From IMG/VR virus record IMGVR_UViG_3300035696_000002: 64,000 nt of DNA; one strand, given 5' to 3'. Source of the DNA: a virus. Its lineage: Duplodnaviria; Heunggongvirae; Uroviricota; Caudoviricetes. Below are positions 23,430-37,095 of the stretch, piece after piece (within the stretch, counting starts at the first letter, position 1; each line of letters starts with the position of its first letter). The notes beneath the pieces are model-generated. The model saw only the letters and a list, made by a program, of their open reading frames with translations. It made no database searches and was not told the origin of the DNA. The position numbers and the translations under genes were made by a program.

Positions 23430-26400
23430 TTTTCAACACTTTACAACCCTCTAGCCAAAGTCACCTTCAGACCCGTATACTGTTGGTATGGACTCGAACG
23501 TCGATATCTACGTTCTGACTGAACTTACACTGGGCCGCAACAATGAGGTGTCCCAGAAAGTTGCGAACGTCACGACCGACATCACCGAAGCCGAAGCATG
23601 GGCCGCACAGGGCGTGCGGTACGGAGTCGAAGGCCCGTTCACTCTGCCGAAGCAACTCCTGCTCCTCGGTGCCGAGACCACACAAGTTCTCACCGAAATT
23701 CGTTCCTTCAAAAATGCAATCGTCCAATTCATCGGGGAGCCCCAATGAACCAGATCGCCCCCAACTGGCGTAATCGCCAACTCGAAGAACTCTACATCCC
23801 ACTGCTGGCACACTGCCTGACGGGCAAGCTGGAGTTCCATGATTGTCTCGTCGAACTCGCACGCATCCGGCGTCCATGGGCACCGCAACTCGGCGTGCCC
23901 TCTGTTTTTCCTGACGACCATTCGACATTGCCGCCACGGGAGCACGACATCTGGTGGAAGTACGTGGACACGATTTTCATTCCCCGGCACCAAGCAATCA
24001 AAGACCTGATTACGGAGAAGGATTTCCTGATCGACGGCCCGATGCCGGAAAGCTGGAAGGAATTTCTCAGCTACCAAAAAGCGTTTGCCGAAATCCACGC
24101 TCAATGGCGTTGGGAAGGCACGCCGTATCGCTCCATCGGTCGGAACTGGCCGCGAGAATTCGACCGGGATGTCGCTTCGAAATTCATTCACCTGAGCATG
24201 GGGTTATAATGAGATCACTCGCAACCAAACTCGTGCTGAACAAGTTCGCACAGGACATGGGCTGGAAGATCGACTTGGACGCCCCCTCTCACCAGAAAGC
24301 AGTGAGGGATGCAATCCGCTACGCGGCGAGTCTCAGGGAGCCGTCGATCAAAATGTTGTCGCAGGACGAACTCAAGAAGCTGGCGGAGGGGCACGTCAAT
24401 GAGGCGTCGCGAATTATCCTCGGCCCGGCTGCCTACGAGTACACGATCAACTCGCTGGTCAGCTTTGGCATCATCGTGTCGCAGCTTGTAACGAACGGCA
24501 AGCCACTGCCGAAATCAAAGCCGAAGGTTGAACGATTCTACCTCGACTGGCAATGCCCCAAAGGGCCGGAGCTAGACTACATTCTTGGCAAGAAAAAATC
24601 CAAGCGGAGAGCGAAGTGACCAAGAACGACGTACAACTCGGCTTCCACTACATCGTGAAGGTCTCCGGCAAGTTGACCCGCGTCCGGCTGGATAGCGAGT
24701 CGCCTTACGGCGGCTGGAACGGCACCAATCTGGTGACGGGTCGCCCGGTTCGCATCCGCACTGCCGCGAAGCTTCGCCGTCCCATCGCGAATCATACCTG
24801 CACCGGAAGCGAGACCTGCGTGACGTGCGGCCAAGACATGGGGGTACTACGCCAATGACTATCGGAGAACGACGAGAAGAGTTGACCGCGATGCCACTCC
24901 GCAAACTCCGCAAGCTGTTTCGCCGGGTGAAGGCGGAGTATGGCGGGAATACTGATTGGGCGGATGGACGGAAACGGGCCGACATGGTTCAAGCCGTCAT
25001 CAACTACGAGATCGGCATCGGCGGCAGGATGGACTCATGAATAAATACGCCAAACCCGTTGTTCATATCGTGCGGTGGACGGTTTGTTTGTCCCTGATCT
25101 GGAAAACCCTGAACATGGTATTCGCCAATGTCACTTTCCAGACCGCCGAACAGACACAGATGTACATGGTCAAAACGCTCTGCGTGGGTGGAGGCGTTCT
25201 GGTCTGGATGCTCTTCACGCTGTACCTTTTTCCTGATCGCTCATGCAGCGAGGATGGGCTGTCACGCTGGCTTGACGCCAAGATCGGACGCGAGTGGAGA
25301 CGAACGTCATGAAAACATTCCGACTCAAAGTCAACCTTAACGATGAAGTGCTCGTCAGGCTGACGCCCCATGGGCGTGAAGTCGAGGAGCGTTGGCTTGC
25401 CGACCTGTTCAGGAGCGGCGGCACGGCGGACGAATTGACCGCCCGGCGACGCGAGATCATGATGAAGAGTTGCATCAAGGAACCGGATGAAGCGGGTTTC
25501 ACGCGATGGAATCTCCACGAACTCATGTTGATGTTCGGTGAGCAGATGGTCACCGGAAGCTTCGACACCTGTTTCGAGGGGAACAACATCTACTTTGAAG
25601 AGAAGCTATGAAACTTGACTCGCATCCACAATGGCTTTATGAGATCAGCTACGGCCTAGCTGACTACCGCCAGCTTCGCATCCTGTTGGAGAACGAGCGG
25701 TACGCCATCGTGCAAAGCCCCGGTGGGCCGTGGTGGGATAACAGCGGGAAACACTACGGTGCAACCACCTACTACAAGGTGGACAAACAGGCGTTGGCCA
25801 CGTATCGTAAGAGTGTCGGGCTGCTGGACTCACAGGAGATTCAACACGGCGGTCGTGCCAAGCTGGCACAGTGGAAGAAATTGATCGAATCAACGGAGGA
25901 GCAAGGTGGAGAAATCACTCGGCCCGAAGCCGACTAAGAACCAGATGGAAGTCCTCAAGAAGCTGGCGGACGGCTACGAGGCCCACTACAGCACGGGCAT
26001 CCGGTTCAACGACTCCGCATGGCTGGTGAAGCCCGGCAACCTGAACGACCGCGAACGATTGCAGAAAAGCGTTCTGTTCAAGTTCAAGAGTTGGGGCTGG
26101 CTGGAGCCGATTGCACCGGGAGACTTCCGGGGCTGCGATTACAGGATCACCGACACGGGACGCAAGCGTGTCGAGATGGGGGAGATACGCAAGTGAGCGA
26201 GTTCTGCCATCATTGGGGCTGGATCGTGTTTGTACTAACCTATCTTGCCATCGGCCTCTATTGGGGCGTTATCGGGGCGGCAGCGGCGGGATGGGATGGA
26301 GAATGGCGATGAAAAAGGTCAGACAGGGTACGTTGAAGAAAGTGCTTTGGAAAGCACGATGCAAAGATTGCGGCTCGACCTTCGAGGAAGAAGTCGGCAA

Positions 26401-28316
26401 GCTGCACGTCCAAAGTGATCGTGATGGCCAACTGGCGGAAGGCAAGTGCCCTGACTGTCACACGACCATGTGGTTTTATCCCCGGTCAGACAGAACTGCA
26501 AGGCTGATCTCGGGGGGTCACTGATGGGCCGCAACGCCTGTCCGAAGTACAAATGTGCGTGCACCCGGTGCCCATGGAAGGGCAAACGCACCAGACGGAT
26601 CATGAGCAACGCCTGTCCCCGGTGCGGCAAGTGGGGAGCGGTCAAACAAATTCCGAGGGAGGAAATCAATGGCACGCAGAACAGGGAAAGCTGAGGTCTT
26701 GGTGAGCGATAACGGAACCGTGCAGGAAGTAAGCGTTCCTGTGAATCCTCACGTCCACGAATTCGAGATGGAGTTAACCCCGTTCTCGCACCACCGCCTG
26801 TACGCCGAGGAAAAGTACAACCTCCAGAACATGGTGCTCAAGATGGTCAATTATCCGGCCAAGATCGACACCACGTTGGACAAGACCTTCGACATCTACG
26901 CAGATCGTGCGTACACGGAATGGAACGCCGCCGCCCGGCTCATCAAGAGCACCGCGACCGGAGACGCATGGTTCAATGGCGTCTCGGACGAGGATTTCCT
27001 GCTTTTCGCTGGCAAGCTGTTCGCCATTCTCAACACGCACAAGCTGTGCACTGGCGACGAGATCGTGCAGAATGCGTATCGGTATTCCAACCAGTACCGC
27101 AGCCGCGTCGCGGAACTGATGGGCTCAAAGGCCTTGGCCGCGAATGCTGTGGATGCAGACGGCTACGAAAACCTCGACCTGAGCATCAAGACCCGCGAGT
27201 GGGCAGAGAAGCAGGCTGCCGAGGAAATCGAGCCGATGAAGATCACGGGTGCTCTGATGGTTCGCATGACGAACTCTGCCAGCGGCTACCCCTGCCCGGT
27301 TCTGATGGCGGTTGTTCAGAAATCCCGCTTCGCCCGGTACAGCGGCGACAATGCCCCGTTCATCCGCTACAAGCGGGGCCGGGAAGATTTCATGGACATC
27401 TACGGAAACCACCTGCATTGGGAGCACGACGGGCGATGGTAATCAACGCAGAACATTTCGTGGCAACAGTGGCGGCGAATGTCAGCAACAAAAAGTTGTC
27501 TGACAAGGCGTTCCGCTCTTTCGTCCGGCGATCCATTGGGGCCGTGGCCAAGAAGAACGGATCGGTGCACTTCCCCGGCGACCTGTCCGGCAATGGCATC
27601 TGCGAAGGCTGCGGGTTGAAGATCACAGCGAAGGAGTGTCCACGATGAAGAACGAACCATTTCCAAAACTCGACGCAGACATCGACAACTTTTTCAGCGG
27701 AGAAATCCGCTCGTTCACGTGGAACAGCGAGGGCGAAGTTTGGGCGATCACATACAACCACGGCTTCGAGCCGGGCAAGCTGATTAAGGTCGCGACGGCC
27801 AAGAGTTGGGAGGAGGCCTACACCCTCTCGGAACTGCTCAACAGATTCCGCAAGGTTCGCGAGGCTGTAGACAGTGCTCTGGTGAACGACAAACTGGAGC
27901 CCAAGACGTTTGAAATCCTCCGGCTGGTCACCATGCTGGACAAAGACATCGACACGACCGACATCCCGGAAGTCACGGACTTTAGCAAGGCCGAAGTCGG
28001 CAAATTCTATCGAGGGAAACATGCGACTGAGTAAGGCACAACGCAAGGTTCTCACAGCTATCCGGGACGGAGCACCGTTCTGCGAGTATCTGACTCCCGA
28101 CAGGGATCGCCTGTTCTTTCGCACATTGGGCGACCGGGTTCATGCAAAGCTGAACTACGTGTTGACCGATGGAACGACGAAGCGGATCGGGTACAAGACG
28201 TTTTGGTTCCTGTTCAAACACAATCTCATCACGCCGTCAAAGTACAAAGGATCACTTTCGCCTCAGGACGGCATCACACAGTTCCACATTACTCAGAGAG
28301 GGTACGAACTGCTGCA

Positions 28317-28916
28317 ATGAAGCAATACCCACATATCGAAGGTGCGGCCAAGGCCCCTCTCGGGAGGCCCTGCATCGCCTTCTACAAGTACGACGGCTCC
28401 AACCTGCGGTGGGAGTGGTCTCCCAAACAGGGCTGGCACAAGTTCGGCACCCGGCACGAACTGTTCGATGCCTCGCACCCGCTATTCTCTCAGGCGATTC
28501 CCCTTTTCATGGATCGGATGGCCGACGAGATTGTCGCCCGGTGCAAGCACGTGGAACGCGGCGTCCAGCGGATCAACGTCTACACCGAGTTCTTCGGCCC
28601 CTCCAGCTTCGCCGGAGTCCACGAACAGAATGAGCCCAAAGAACTTAAATTGTTTGACGTAAACCTCTTCAAACGTGGTATCATGAGTCCACGGCAGTTC
28701 GTCAAGACGTTTGGCGATCTATCGTATGCGGCTCAGGTGGTCTACGAGGGCAACCTGAATAAACAGTTCATCGACGATGTCCGCAACGGTCAGTATCCGG
28801 TGAACGAGGGAGTAGTCGCCAAGGGCGATGACTTCATGGTCAAGATCAAGACGTATGATTATCTGCGGCGACTGAACGAAAAGTTCGGTGCCGAATATCG
28901 CAATTACTGGGAGTAA
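28317..28916 (+). CDS. ATP-dependent RNA ligase-like nucleotidyltransferase
   Basis: Motif I KYDGSN, III EFFG, IIIa FDV, IV EGVV, V KIK. Confidence 0.75.
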   Translation: MKQYPHIEGAAKAPLGRPCIAFYKYDGSNLRWEWSPKQGWHKFGTRHELFDASHPLFSQAIPLFMDRMADEIVARCKHVERGVQRINVYTEFFGPSSFAGVHEQNEPKELKLFDVNLFKRGIMSPRQFVKTFGDLSYAAQVVYEGNLNKQFIDDVRNGQYPVNEGVVAKGDDFMVKIKTYDYLRRLNEKFGAEYRNYWE

Positions 28917-30907
28917 CGTGGAAGTGACAAGCGTTTTTGGCCGTGATTACAGGAGAAAATCAATGAACGGAAGAAAGCTGTTTTTCTTGGTGGTCTGTGC
29001 AGTGATCGTCGTGTGGATCGTCGAAGAAGTCGTGTCGGACTACGACTACGATAACCAGATCGGCTCTTTCTGGGCACTGGGCATCAAGGCGTCCACGCTC
29101 CAGCAGAAAACAACCTACCTTGACCAGTACGTCAATGCCCTTCAAGGGGCGAAACTGGAAGGCACCAACAACGCCTCGTTTCTCAAGACGCCGGACAACA
29201 GCTTCGACCAGAACATGATCGCCCTGAAATCGCTGCAAGGCCGCATGCACCAGATTCAGGGGATGGACGAGCAGTCGTTCGCCTACCAGACCGCCATGCA
29301 GCAGATCACCGGGCAGGAACAGGGTCAGGCCGGGCAACTGACAGAGACGTTTCGCGGCTGCTGGTTCTTGCGGTATTACTGGCTGCTGTGGGGATGGCAC
29401 GACATCGTCGCGTGGATTTTGATGATCGTTTTTCTCATCATTTCCGGCGTCATGGCTTTCAACGACTAACATGACAAGGAAACAATATCTCGGCTTCGCG
29501 ATGATCGCGGCGTTCGTCATTGGCCTCGTGTTGTTTGCATCCATCGCAACCCACGTCGGCCTGCTCAAGACGTTCGGCGTGTTCGTCGTGATTGCCGCGA
29601 TGGCCGCACTGATTACGTTTGGCATTAAATTCGCCGTGGAGGGGAAGTAATGAAAACAACCATGCTGTTTATCGCTGTGTTGGTGCTGAGCCTGTCCGCC
29701 TTCGGCCAAGTCGCATCGAGTGGTCAACAGGCGGCGTACTCGAACACCGTGCAGATGGCGGAACATCCGATGCACGCAGATCATCACGACCTGCGGCCCG
29801 AAGTCAGCCTGTTGGGCGGCACGAGCATCACCGAGGGGCACGGAGAACGCCCGCTATGGGAGTTCCCGGATAACACGCCCGTGAAACCGCTGGGCGACAT
29901 CGCCCGGCAGTACCGTGAGGAGCACAAGACCGCCGAAAAGGCGATCATCGTCTGGGCACCGTAATGGCGATCAGAAGCCAGCCTCTTTGGTGGGCAGGAT
30001 TGGTCTGCACCGTGGCTGCGATTGTCAGTGCGGGTGCAGACATGATCTGGCACCTTGGCTTTACTGCCGATCCCCATAAGTGGCCGCTGTTTTTCGCGGT
30101 TGGAGCCGTGATCTTTTACGACGGAGCATACGAGTAATGGCTGAACAGGAAAAGGGCTATTCCGTTAACACCTTCGAGGATATCGAAGCGATCAAACGGG
30201 AGAAAAACGGCTGGGGCTTCACGCGGGACGATCTCGAACGCTACAACGTTCACATGGTCACCGACGTTCGGTTCACGTGGGATGAGAGCACACCCCCGGA
30301 ACTGCGAAAGGCCTTTGCCGAGGGCTCTTGCGTCCTGCATTACATCGCGGAGAAGCAGATCATGGGGCAGCTTGAATACAGCGGCTTGAAACCGACATCG
30401 ACCCGCGACCTGCTCTACGGCGACGAGGAAAGTGGGAAGACCGTTTTGCTGCGGGACACCGGGTGGAGGCCGAACGATAAGTGAACCTGCACCCATGGAT
30501 CAGTCGGCTGATCGGCGGGTACCCGATGCTCTGCGAGGAATGGGCCTTCAACAAGGCCGATGGCACCCCGGTTTGCTTCTACGTGGATGCCTCAGGGCGA
30601 CGATATTTTGCTACTGGCTCTTGGGACAGAAACCGTGTACTATGGGAGAGTCCAGAAGCCGTGATTGAACGGCAACGCAAGACAGAGGAACAGGCCCGGA
30701 TGTTCCGGGAATACAAATTCTACGGCCTATGAACACACGCACAAAACAAGAACAGATCACCGGATACATTCCAGTGGTGCAGCAAATGACCCTGAATTTT
30801 GTAGCGGCATCATTCGCCGTTAAGCACCATGAACGAGCCATCGTACAATCCATCGAAGTCGCAACGGAGGGCTTCATGCCCGTTACCGTTCGCTATCTCC
30901 TCCCCGT

Positions 30908-31846
30908 GTGGGAAGAAGTGAGGGCATAATGGCAGCCAAAGCAAAGCTTGCAGGCAACACCCTGATTTACGGGCACCGCAAACAGGACGATCTCAAATGG
31001 GATATCTCGACGCCCGAACTTCGGGCGAAAGCCTTCCTCGAATTGTTCGAAGAACTCAAGACCTCGTGGCGAGTGTTTGAGTGCGGCTATTGGGGTGCGA
31101 ACAAGGCCGAGGAGACGCTTCAAAAGGGCCTGTACGATCTCGCTTGCAAAGGCGATGCCGAAGCCGCCGAACGCCTCCTGCGGATGCGGATCGACTACGA
31201 ATACGAGAACTGGCGGATTGTGGATGCCCCCAAAACCGAAGGTGGAGAGCCCCGCACCGTCCTCGCCCGGCGTCCGGGCAAAGTCTTCGTCAAAGACATC
31301 CGCAAGCAGGAAAGCGGTCGCTACTCGTTCGAACTCAGCAACGGGGAGCAGATCGAATTCGCCTATGTGCCGATCAACACCACCCGGCCTGATTGGGAAC
31401 ATGGCTGGATGATCCACGGCTATTTCCTCGACGCCTTGTACGAGAAGCTGGGCCGGGATCGCGATCTTCACAACACCATGGAAAAGCTTCTGTCGCACAT
31501 GAACTACATGCGACTGACGCTCTACTACACCATGAACCCCGAGCAGATGCCACTCGGCAAAGACCTTCGTATCTGGCAGCGACAGGCATTGCAGAAAGCC
31601 GACGCTTTGATCGACCAGTTCGGTGACAACCCGGTTGAAAAGATCGACGACAAGAAGAAACGTCCGACTGATTTGCGGAAGGCAACGGACGCTCTCAGCG
31701 AACTCGTACTGAACTACCGGGGCCTACTTGATTTGACCAAGCGGGCACTTGAAGGCAAGTACGACAAGGAAACCATCCTCAAGCACGACCTGCCGACGTA
31801 CCAGCAGGCGTTGGAAAAAATCAAGAAAGGAATGCTTGCCGAATGA
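30908..31846 (+). CDS. Hypothetical protein
   Basis: 312 aa ORF in the co-directional gene string; likely start ATG 30929. Confidence 0.6.
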   Translation: MGRSEGIMAAKAKLAGNTLIYGHRKQDDLKWDISTPELRAKAFLELFEELKTSWRVFECGYWGANKAEETLQKGLYDLACKGDAEAAERLLRMRIDYEYENWRIVDAPKTEGGEPRTVLARRPGKVFVKDIRKQESGRYSFELSNGEQIEFAYVPINTTRPDWEHGWMIHGYFLDALYEKLGRDRDLHNTMEKLLSHMNYMRLTLYYTMNPEQMPLGKDLRIWQRQALQKADALIDQFGDNPVEKIDDKKKRPTDLRKATDALSELVLNYRGLLDLTKRALEGKYDKETILKHDLPTYQQALEKIKKGMLAE

Positions 31847-34800
31847 ACAAACTGTTTAGTTATCTGCTGTTGGTGTGGTTCCTGCTGGCGGCTCTGGCTG
31901 AGACCGCTAAGGGCATGGGCGTTATTCTGCTGTTCGCCCTGCTGTTCTTGGTGATCGGCAGCAAGGGTGCTGCTGGCGTAATGCTGGTGATCGCAGTGCT
32001 TGCGATTCTCGCACGGGCGACGTTTCCTAAGTTGGGCTAATGGGCCGACGTAAAGACATCCCGAATGTGGTGAAGCTGCCGGACGAGCGGCACGGCCCGG
32101 TATGGATGGACGGCTCCAACAACGAGTACGAGGAAGTCCGGGATGCTTTCATCGGAGCCCTGCGGGTGTTCTTCCCCAAGATCGACTACCGCAAGCCGAC
32201 TTACGGCACGCAAGCCTATGAGCAGTACAAGGACATGGTTTGCATCCCGGACATCAAGGAATTTTACGGCACCGGGTTCATGCCCACGTACCACCAGATG
32301 ACGCCGGAGCAGCAGGAAGCGGCCAACCGTCTGTACATTGTGATCGGTCACGCTATTTGGGCGGCGTACAACCATGGTCAGGATAACGGACGCAACCTGC
32401 TCCTCGGACTGGCCAAGGGTGAAGTGAGTTTCGAAGATTACAATCAGGGAGTCCGCCTGAAACGGGAGGAAGAGTAGTATGGGTGCGATACTGGAAACCA
32501 AAGACGATCTCCTCGGGCTGGAAGAACGCCGGGAGTCGTTCATCATCGTCGATATACAACGCAAGTATCCCCACGAATTGCCACAGCGAACGAAAGCCTA
32601 CTCGTTGGGCAAAACTCTCAAGACGGGTGCCTATCCCTCGTACACCTATCAGGTGAAAAAGTTCAACGATGTTTTTCTCGACTGCGGCTCCGACGAATTC
32701 AAGGCCGAACAGATCGTCGCCGGGCTCAACAAGTTGGATGAGCCGGATCACATATCCGGTTTGTCTGAGCACATTTTCGCCAATCAAGATGGCGAGATTG
32801 AGATGAGCAAGGAATTCCTCCGCAGGCTGGTGGATTTCTTCGACGACATCAAGAACAAAAAGTACTTGAAGGAGCGATAATGCGGGCGGACACAAAAAAG
32901 CGGGTCATTGCGGCTTATAAGCATCTGCTTGACCTGACGGAATCGCTGAAATTCGCGGCACAGGGCTGCACCACCCACCATGCCCCTGAGGATTTCGCAG
33001 CGTGGATTCTCATCAGGCAGGTGGAAGACGCCATCAGAGCGGGCGACATGGTATCGAAATTGGGTGCCGTGGCTCAAATTGCGGAGAACGAGAAATGAAC
33101 ACCAACGACGTGGGCTGGAGGCTGGCAACCATGAACGAGATCAAAGACGAGGAAGGGTACGCAGGGACGACCCACACGACACCGGAGCGGTTGCTCCCGA
33201 AAGCAGCCCCGGTGCCGCCGACTGAGGGCTGGTCGTACCTTTTCAACTCCCCGAAGTGGCACTACTTCCGGGCCGGGCGTTCCCTGTGCAAACGCTGGAT
33301 GATCCTTGGCCGGGGCGAATTCGAGCAGGGAAAGGATAACAGCCCGGACAACTGCAAGGCCTGCATCAAGGCCGTGGAAAAGGAGAAGGCCCGTGCAGCC
33401 GGGAAATGAGGCAGCAACACTGGAGCAGGCTATCGCTCTATTTGCCGAGTACAACCAGCGGTGGAGCAAACAGCGATTCGCCCTGTACGAGTGCGAGACC
33501 GCAACCGGGGAGTTCCTTCGTTTCCTGAATCAGTTTCCCGGCTTGGTGACCTCTACCAAGGCTCAGCGATACGAGTTTGGCGTCGATAGGTACGAATCAC
33601 AGCGGAACCCGGCCCCCAAGATTTTCACGGGCGGAAGCAATGAAACAGGAAGCCATCGGGCAGGCTGGCATTGCATCGTTGAGACCGAAACATGCTTGAT
33701 TGATTGGACAGCCCGGCAGTATACTGAAAGGGCACCGTTCCCGTTCATCATGCCGAGGCTGGACGAAGATGAACCGTTGTTTTACCTGAAAGAGAGGTTT
33801 CCCGAATGGCATCGGTTGTTATAAGCACCGACGATCTGATGACGATCATCAAGAACTCCCGGCTCAGCCCGGAGCAAGTTCTGGAGATCACCAAACTCAA
33901 ATGCCAGCCACTCCTGACGCCGGAGACGCTTGTCAAGATCGCCCGCGACATGAAGGGCGGCTACCTCGCCAGCGGGCTGAAAGAGAAATTCGCCCGCAAT
34001 TTCAGTCACAGCGAAGTGAAGCTGACTCGCCGGGACATTGATGTCACCGCCGACGCTCTGAAATTCAACGCATTCTTCGTGCCCACCTATGTTTACAACG
34101 AGGCGTGGGCTTTGGTCGAAAAGGAAAACGATGAGTCTCTGTCCAAGTAACGCCATCGCCGAACAAGTCAACGGCGGACAGAAAGTGTTTGCCAATGTCG
34201 CCCGGCGTATCTGCCGGGACAACCCCGAGTACCCGTACAATGCGATTCTGCTACCTGAGGCTCAGTCGATTGCCGATGAAGTGGACGCCATCATCCGTCA
34301 GGAATTGATCGACGCTGGCATCCCCGCCAAAGTAACCGCAGACGGCAACGCGGGCATCATGGATATGTCCTTCGGCAAGCTTGAAAATGTGCGGCTGGCG
34401 AACGGATACTTCCCGGAAGTCCCATCGAAATTGGTGGGGTTCATTCATCGCTGGAAATTCGAACGCTCGTGGTACTACTACCGAGCCGAAGGCTCTGGTA
34501 TTCCACCCGAATTTGCCATTGAATTCGACAAAAAGTGGGGCCGTGAAGTGCGGGTTAACGGTGATTGTGCCTGCCGTGGAGCCGCGTTTTGGGGCGACGG
34601 TTTCGCCATCGACAGCTACCATATCGACACGCCGGGCGGGCTGAAAGCGTTCATCGAACTGCTGGCCACGATTCACAAACCACACCCGAGGGAAGAGTAA
34701 TGGGGCTGGTAGCGTTCAGCATCGAACTCGAAAGCACGTGCGGTCGCTGCGGCGGTCGCGGACGGCTGCCCAAGATGGTGCAAGGAATTCCGGTCGCCAA

Positions 34801-35467
34801 TCAGACCGTCCAGTGTGCCTCCTGCAAGGGCAAAGGCACCCTTGAGAACGAATGGAACCGCCTACTGTTGCCCGAACTGATGGAGACGCGACCGTGATTC
34901 CCAACCTCTCACTTACGCAGGCCCTTGAAATCTACGAAGAACTGCTCGAAGCTTATCAGGGCACGAATGGGTTCGGCGGCAACGTCGCGGAAATCTACGC
35001 ATACCGTCTTTCCCCGGAAGACCCCTCGGCTGAAGTTGCTTATCGGAAAATGAATGAGATCAAGCCGGGTGATTTACTCCATACGGCCTTGATCGAACGC
35101 GGCATGATCGCTGCTTACAACCTGAAAATCCTGATTGAGTTTTTCATCAAACGTCATGAGGACGCGAAGGTCACAATCGAAATGTACGACGACAAAAAGA
35201 AAACATGGATTTTCGCTCCGTATAAAAAAGTCCTCAAGACGCCATTCATCCATCGCTGCCATGTTAGAATAGAGCAGTGATCCTGATCTGGGCTGCAAAC
35301 GCCACATTACTAGCTTCTGTCTGGCTCCTCGGTAGGAAGTCCTTCAAACTAGGTTGGGCTGCAAACCTCCTCGGTGATCTGATGTACACCTACGCCTCGC
35401 TGTATCTGATGCAGCCGAGGCACTGGGACATCGCTTCGTTCAATATCACGATTGCCTGTTTTGCAGC

Positions 35468-36298
35468 ATGGAACCTATGGAAAACGTATACGACAAGCTA
35501 GTCAACGTCCTGCTCAAGAACAAATTCCCGTACACCGACAGCCTGATCCACGCTTTTGTGGGCGGCTCCGGCCTCCACGGGGCTCAGGTTAAGGCCGGGC
35601 ATGACGACGACTTCTTTGGCATCTTCATCGAACCGCCGAACAAGGTGATCGGTCTGCACGAATACCAGCACTATGTCTGGAGCACGAGCGGCGACCATGA
35701 GCGGAATGTCCCCGGCGACGTGGACATCTGCCTCTACTCGCTCCGCAAGTGGGCACGGCTGGCAAGCGGCGGCAACCCCACCGCCTTGGGGTACCTCTTT
35801 GTGCCGCCTGAGCGATTGCTTGATCTCGATTCTGGCGGATTCATCAAGCGGTATAGCTGGCTCACCGTCCTCCAAAACCGTGACCTGTTTATTTCCCGCA
35901 CGTGCGTGAAATCATTCGAGGGATTCGCCCGGCATCAGCTTGAGCGGATCACTGGCGAGAGGGGCCTTGGGAAACACGGGCAGCGACCGGAACTCGAAGA
36001 GAAGTTCGGGTATGACGTGAAAGCGGCAATGCACGTCATTCGCCTGCTGGGTGAAGGGATCGAAATCCTTGAACACGGGAACATCACCTACCCGCGTCCG
36101 AATAAAGGAATCCTGATCGCGATTCGTTCAGGAAAGTACGAGTTGTCGTTCATCAAGGAAATGGCTGACGTTCTGTTCGCCGACCTTGAACGGGCGGCAC
36201 GGGAATCAACATTACCTGACAACGTAGACACGGAGAAAATCTCCGATCTTCTCACCAAGGTTTACGTTGACTTCTGGGAAGACCATGGCCTTATCTGA
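35468..36298 (+). CDS. Pol-beta-superfamily nucleotidyltransferase (RlaP-like)
   Basis: GSGLHG...DDDFFG, GNPT, YDVKAAMHVIRL, IRSG motifs. Confidence 0.8.
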   Translation: MEPMENVYDKLVNVLLKNKFPYTDSLIHAFVGGSGLHGAQVKAGHDDDFFGIFIEPPNKVIGLHEYQHYVWSTSGDHERNVPGDVDICLYSLRKWARLASGGNPTALGYLFVPPERLLDLDSGGFIKRYSWLTVLQNRDLFISRTCVKSFEGFARHQLERITGERGLGKHGQRPELEEKFGYDVKAAMHVIRLLGEGIEILEHGNITYPRPNKGILIAIRSGKYELSFIKEMADVLFADLERAARESTLPDNVDTEKISDLLTKVYVDFWEDHGLI

Positions 36299-36810
36299 AA
36301 TTTCCCAGAAGGATTTCAAAATACTGGACGACTGGGATATCGTGTTAGACGGAACGTCAGACTACAAAGGACAATCCTCGATAAGCCCAGTCGTACCTAT
36401 GGCCGTGATCTATGCATGGCCAGCGGACTCCCCGGAGCCCGAAGATTTCAGACTGCACGAATACTTGCACATTGCTTTGAGTGCATTCAGGCGTATTCCC
36501 GAAGAGGGACGGTACGATGCTGAGGAGGCCCTTGTGCAAGACATTTGTCGCTTATTCCGGGAGCGAAAATGAGACCAATGTGCGGCGTTACCTTCTCCCC
36601 GGAAGGCAACATAAACTTCCAAATCTCCGACCCTGATGGCAAGGTACTTGAATTCCCGGTAGGCCGGGTCTGTGGCAAGCCAGCGGTCGATTTTATTGAG
36701 TTCGTCGGGTGCGGCAGGACATGGTTGTGTGCAGAACATTTTGACGAGTGGAAAGTCTGTGCAAAGACAGCCGAAGACGTACTGACTAAGATATCGGAGA
36801 CTTTGAAGTA

Positions 36811-37095
36811 ATGGGCAACGAACTGAGGGCATGCGAACTTTGTGACCGGGAGCGGTACGACATCACCGGGCACCATCTCATTCCCCGGACACTGCACAAC
36901 AATAAAAAAGTTCAGGCAACTTTCCCAAGAGCAGTATTGAACATCACAGTTCCACTCTGTAAGCCCTGCCACAAACAAATTCACGAACTCATAAGCGAAA
37001 AAGACCTTGGCTGGGAGTATAATACAGTTGAAAAGCTGAAGGCACACCCCGAGGTCGCCAAGTGGATCGCGTGGGTGAGAAAGAAAACATTCTGA
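36811..37095 (+). CDS. Small HNH-like protein
   Basis: CELC...HHLIP...LCKPCHKQIH. Confidence 0.75.
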   Translation: MGNELRACELCDRERYDITGHHLIPRTLHNNKKVQATFPRAVLNITVPLCKPCHKQIHELISEKDLGWEYNTVEKLKAHPEVAKWIAWVRKKTF

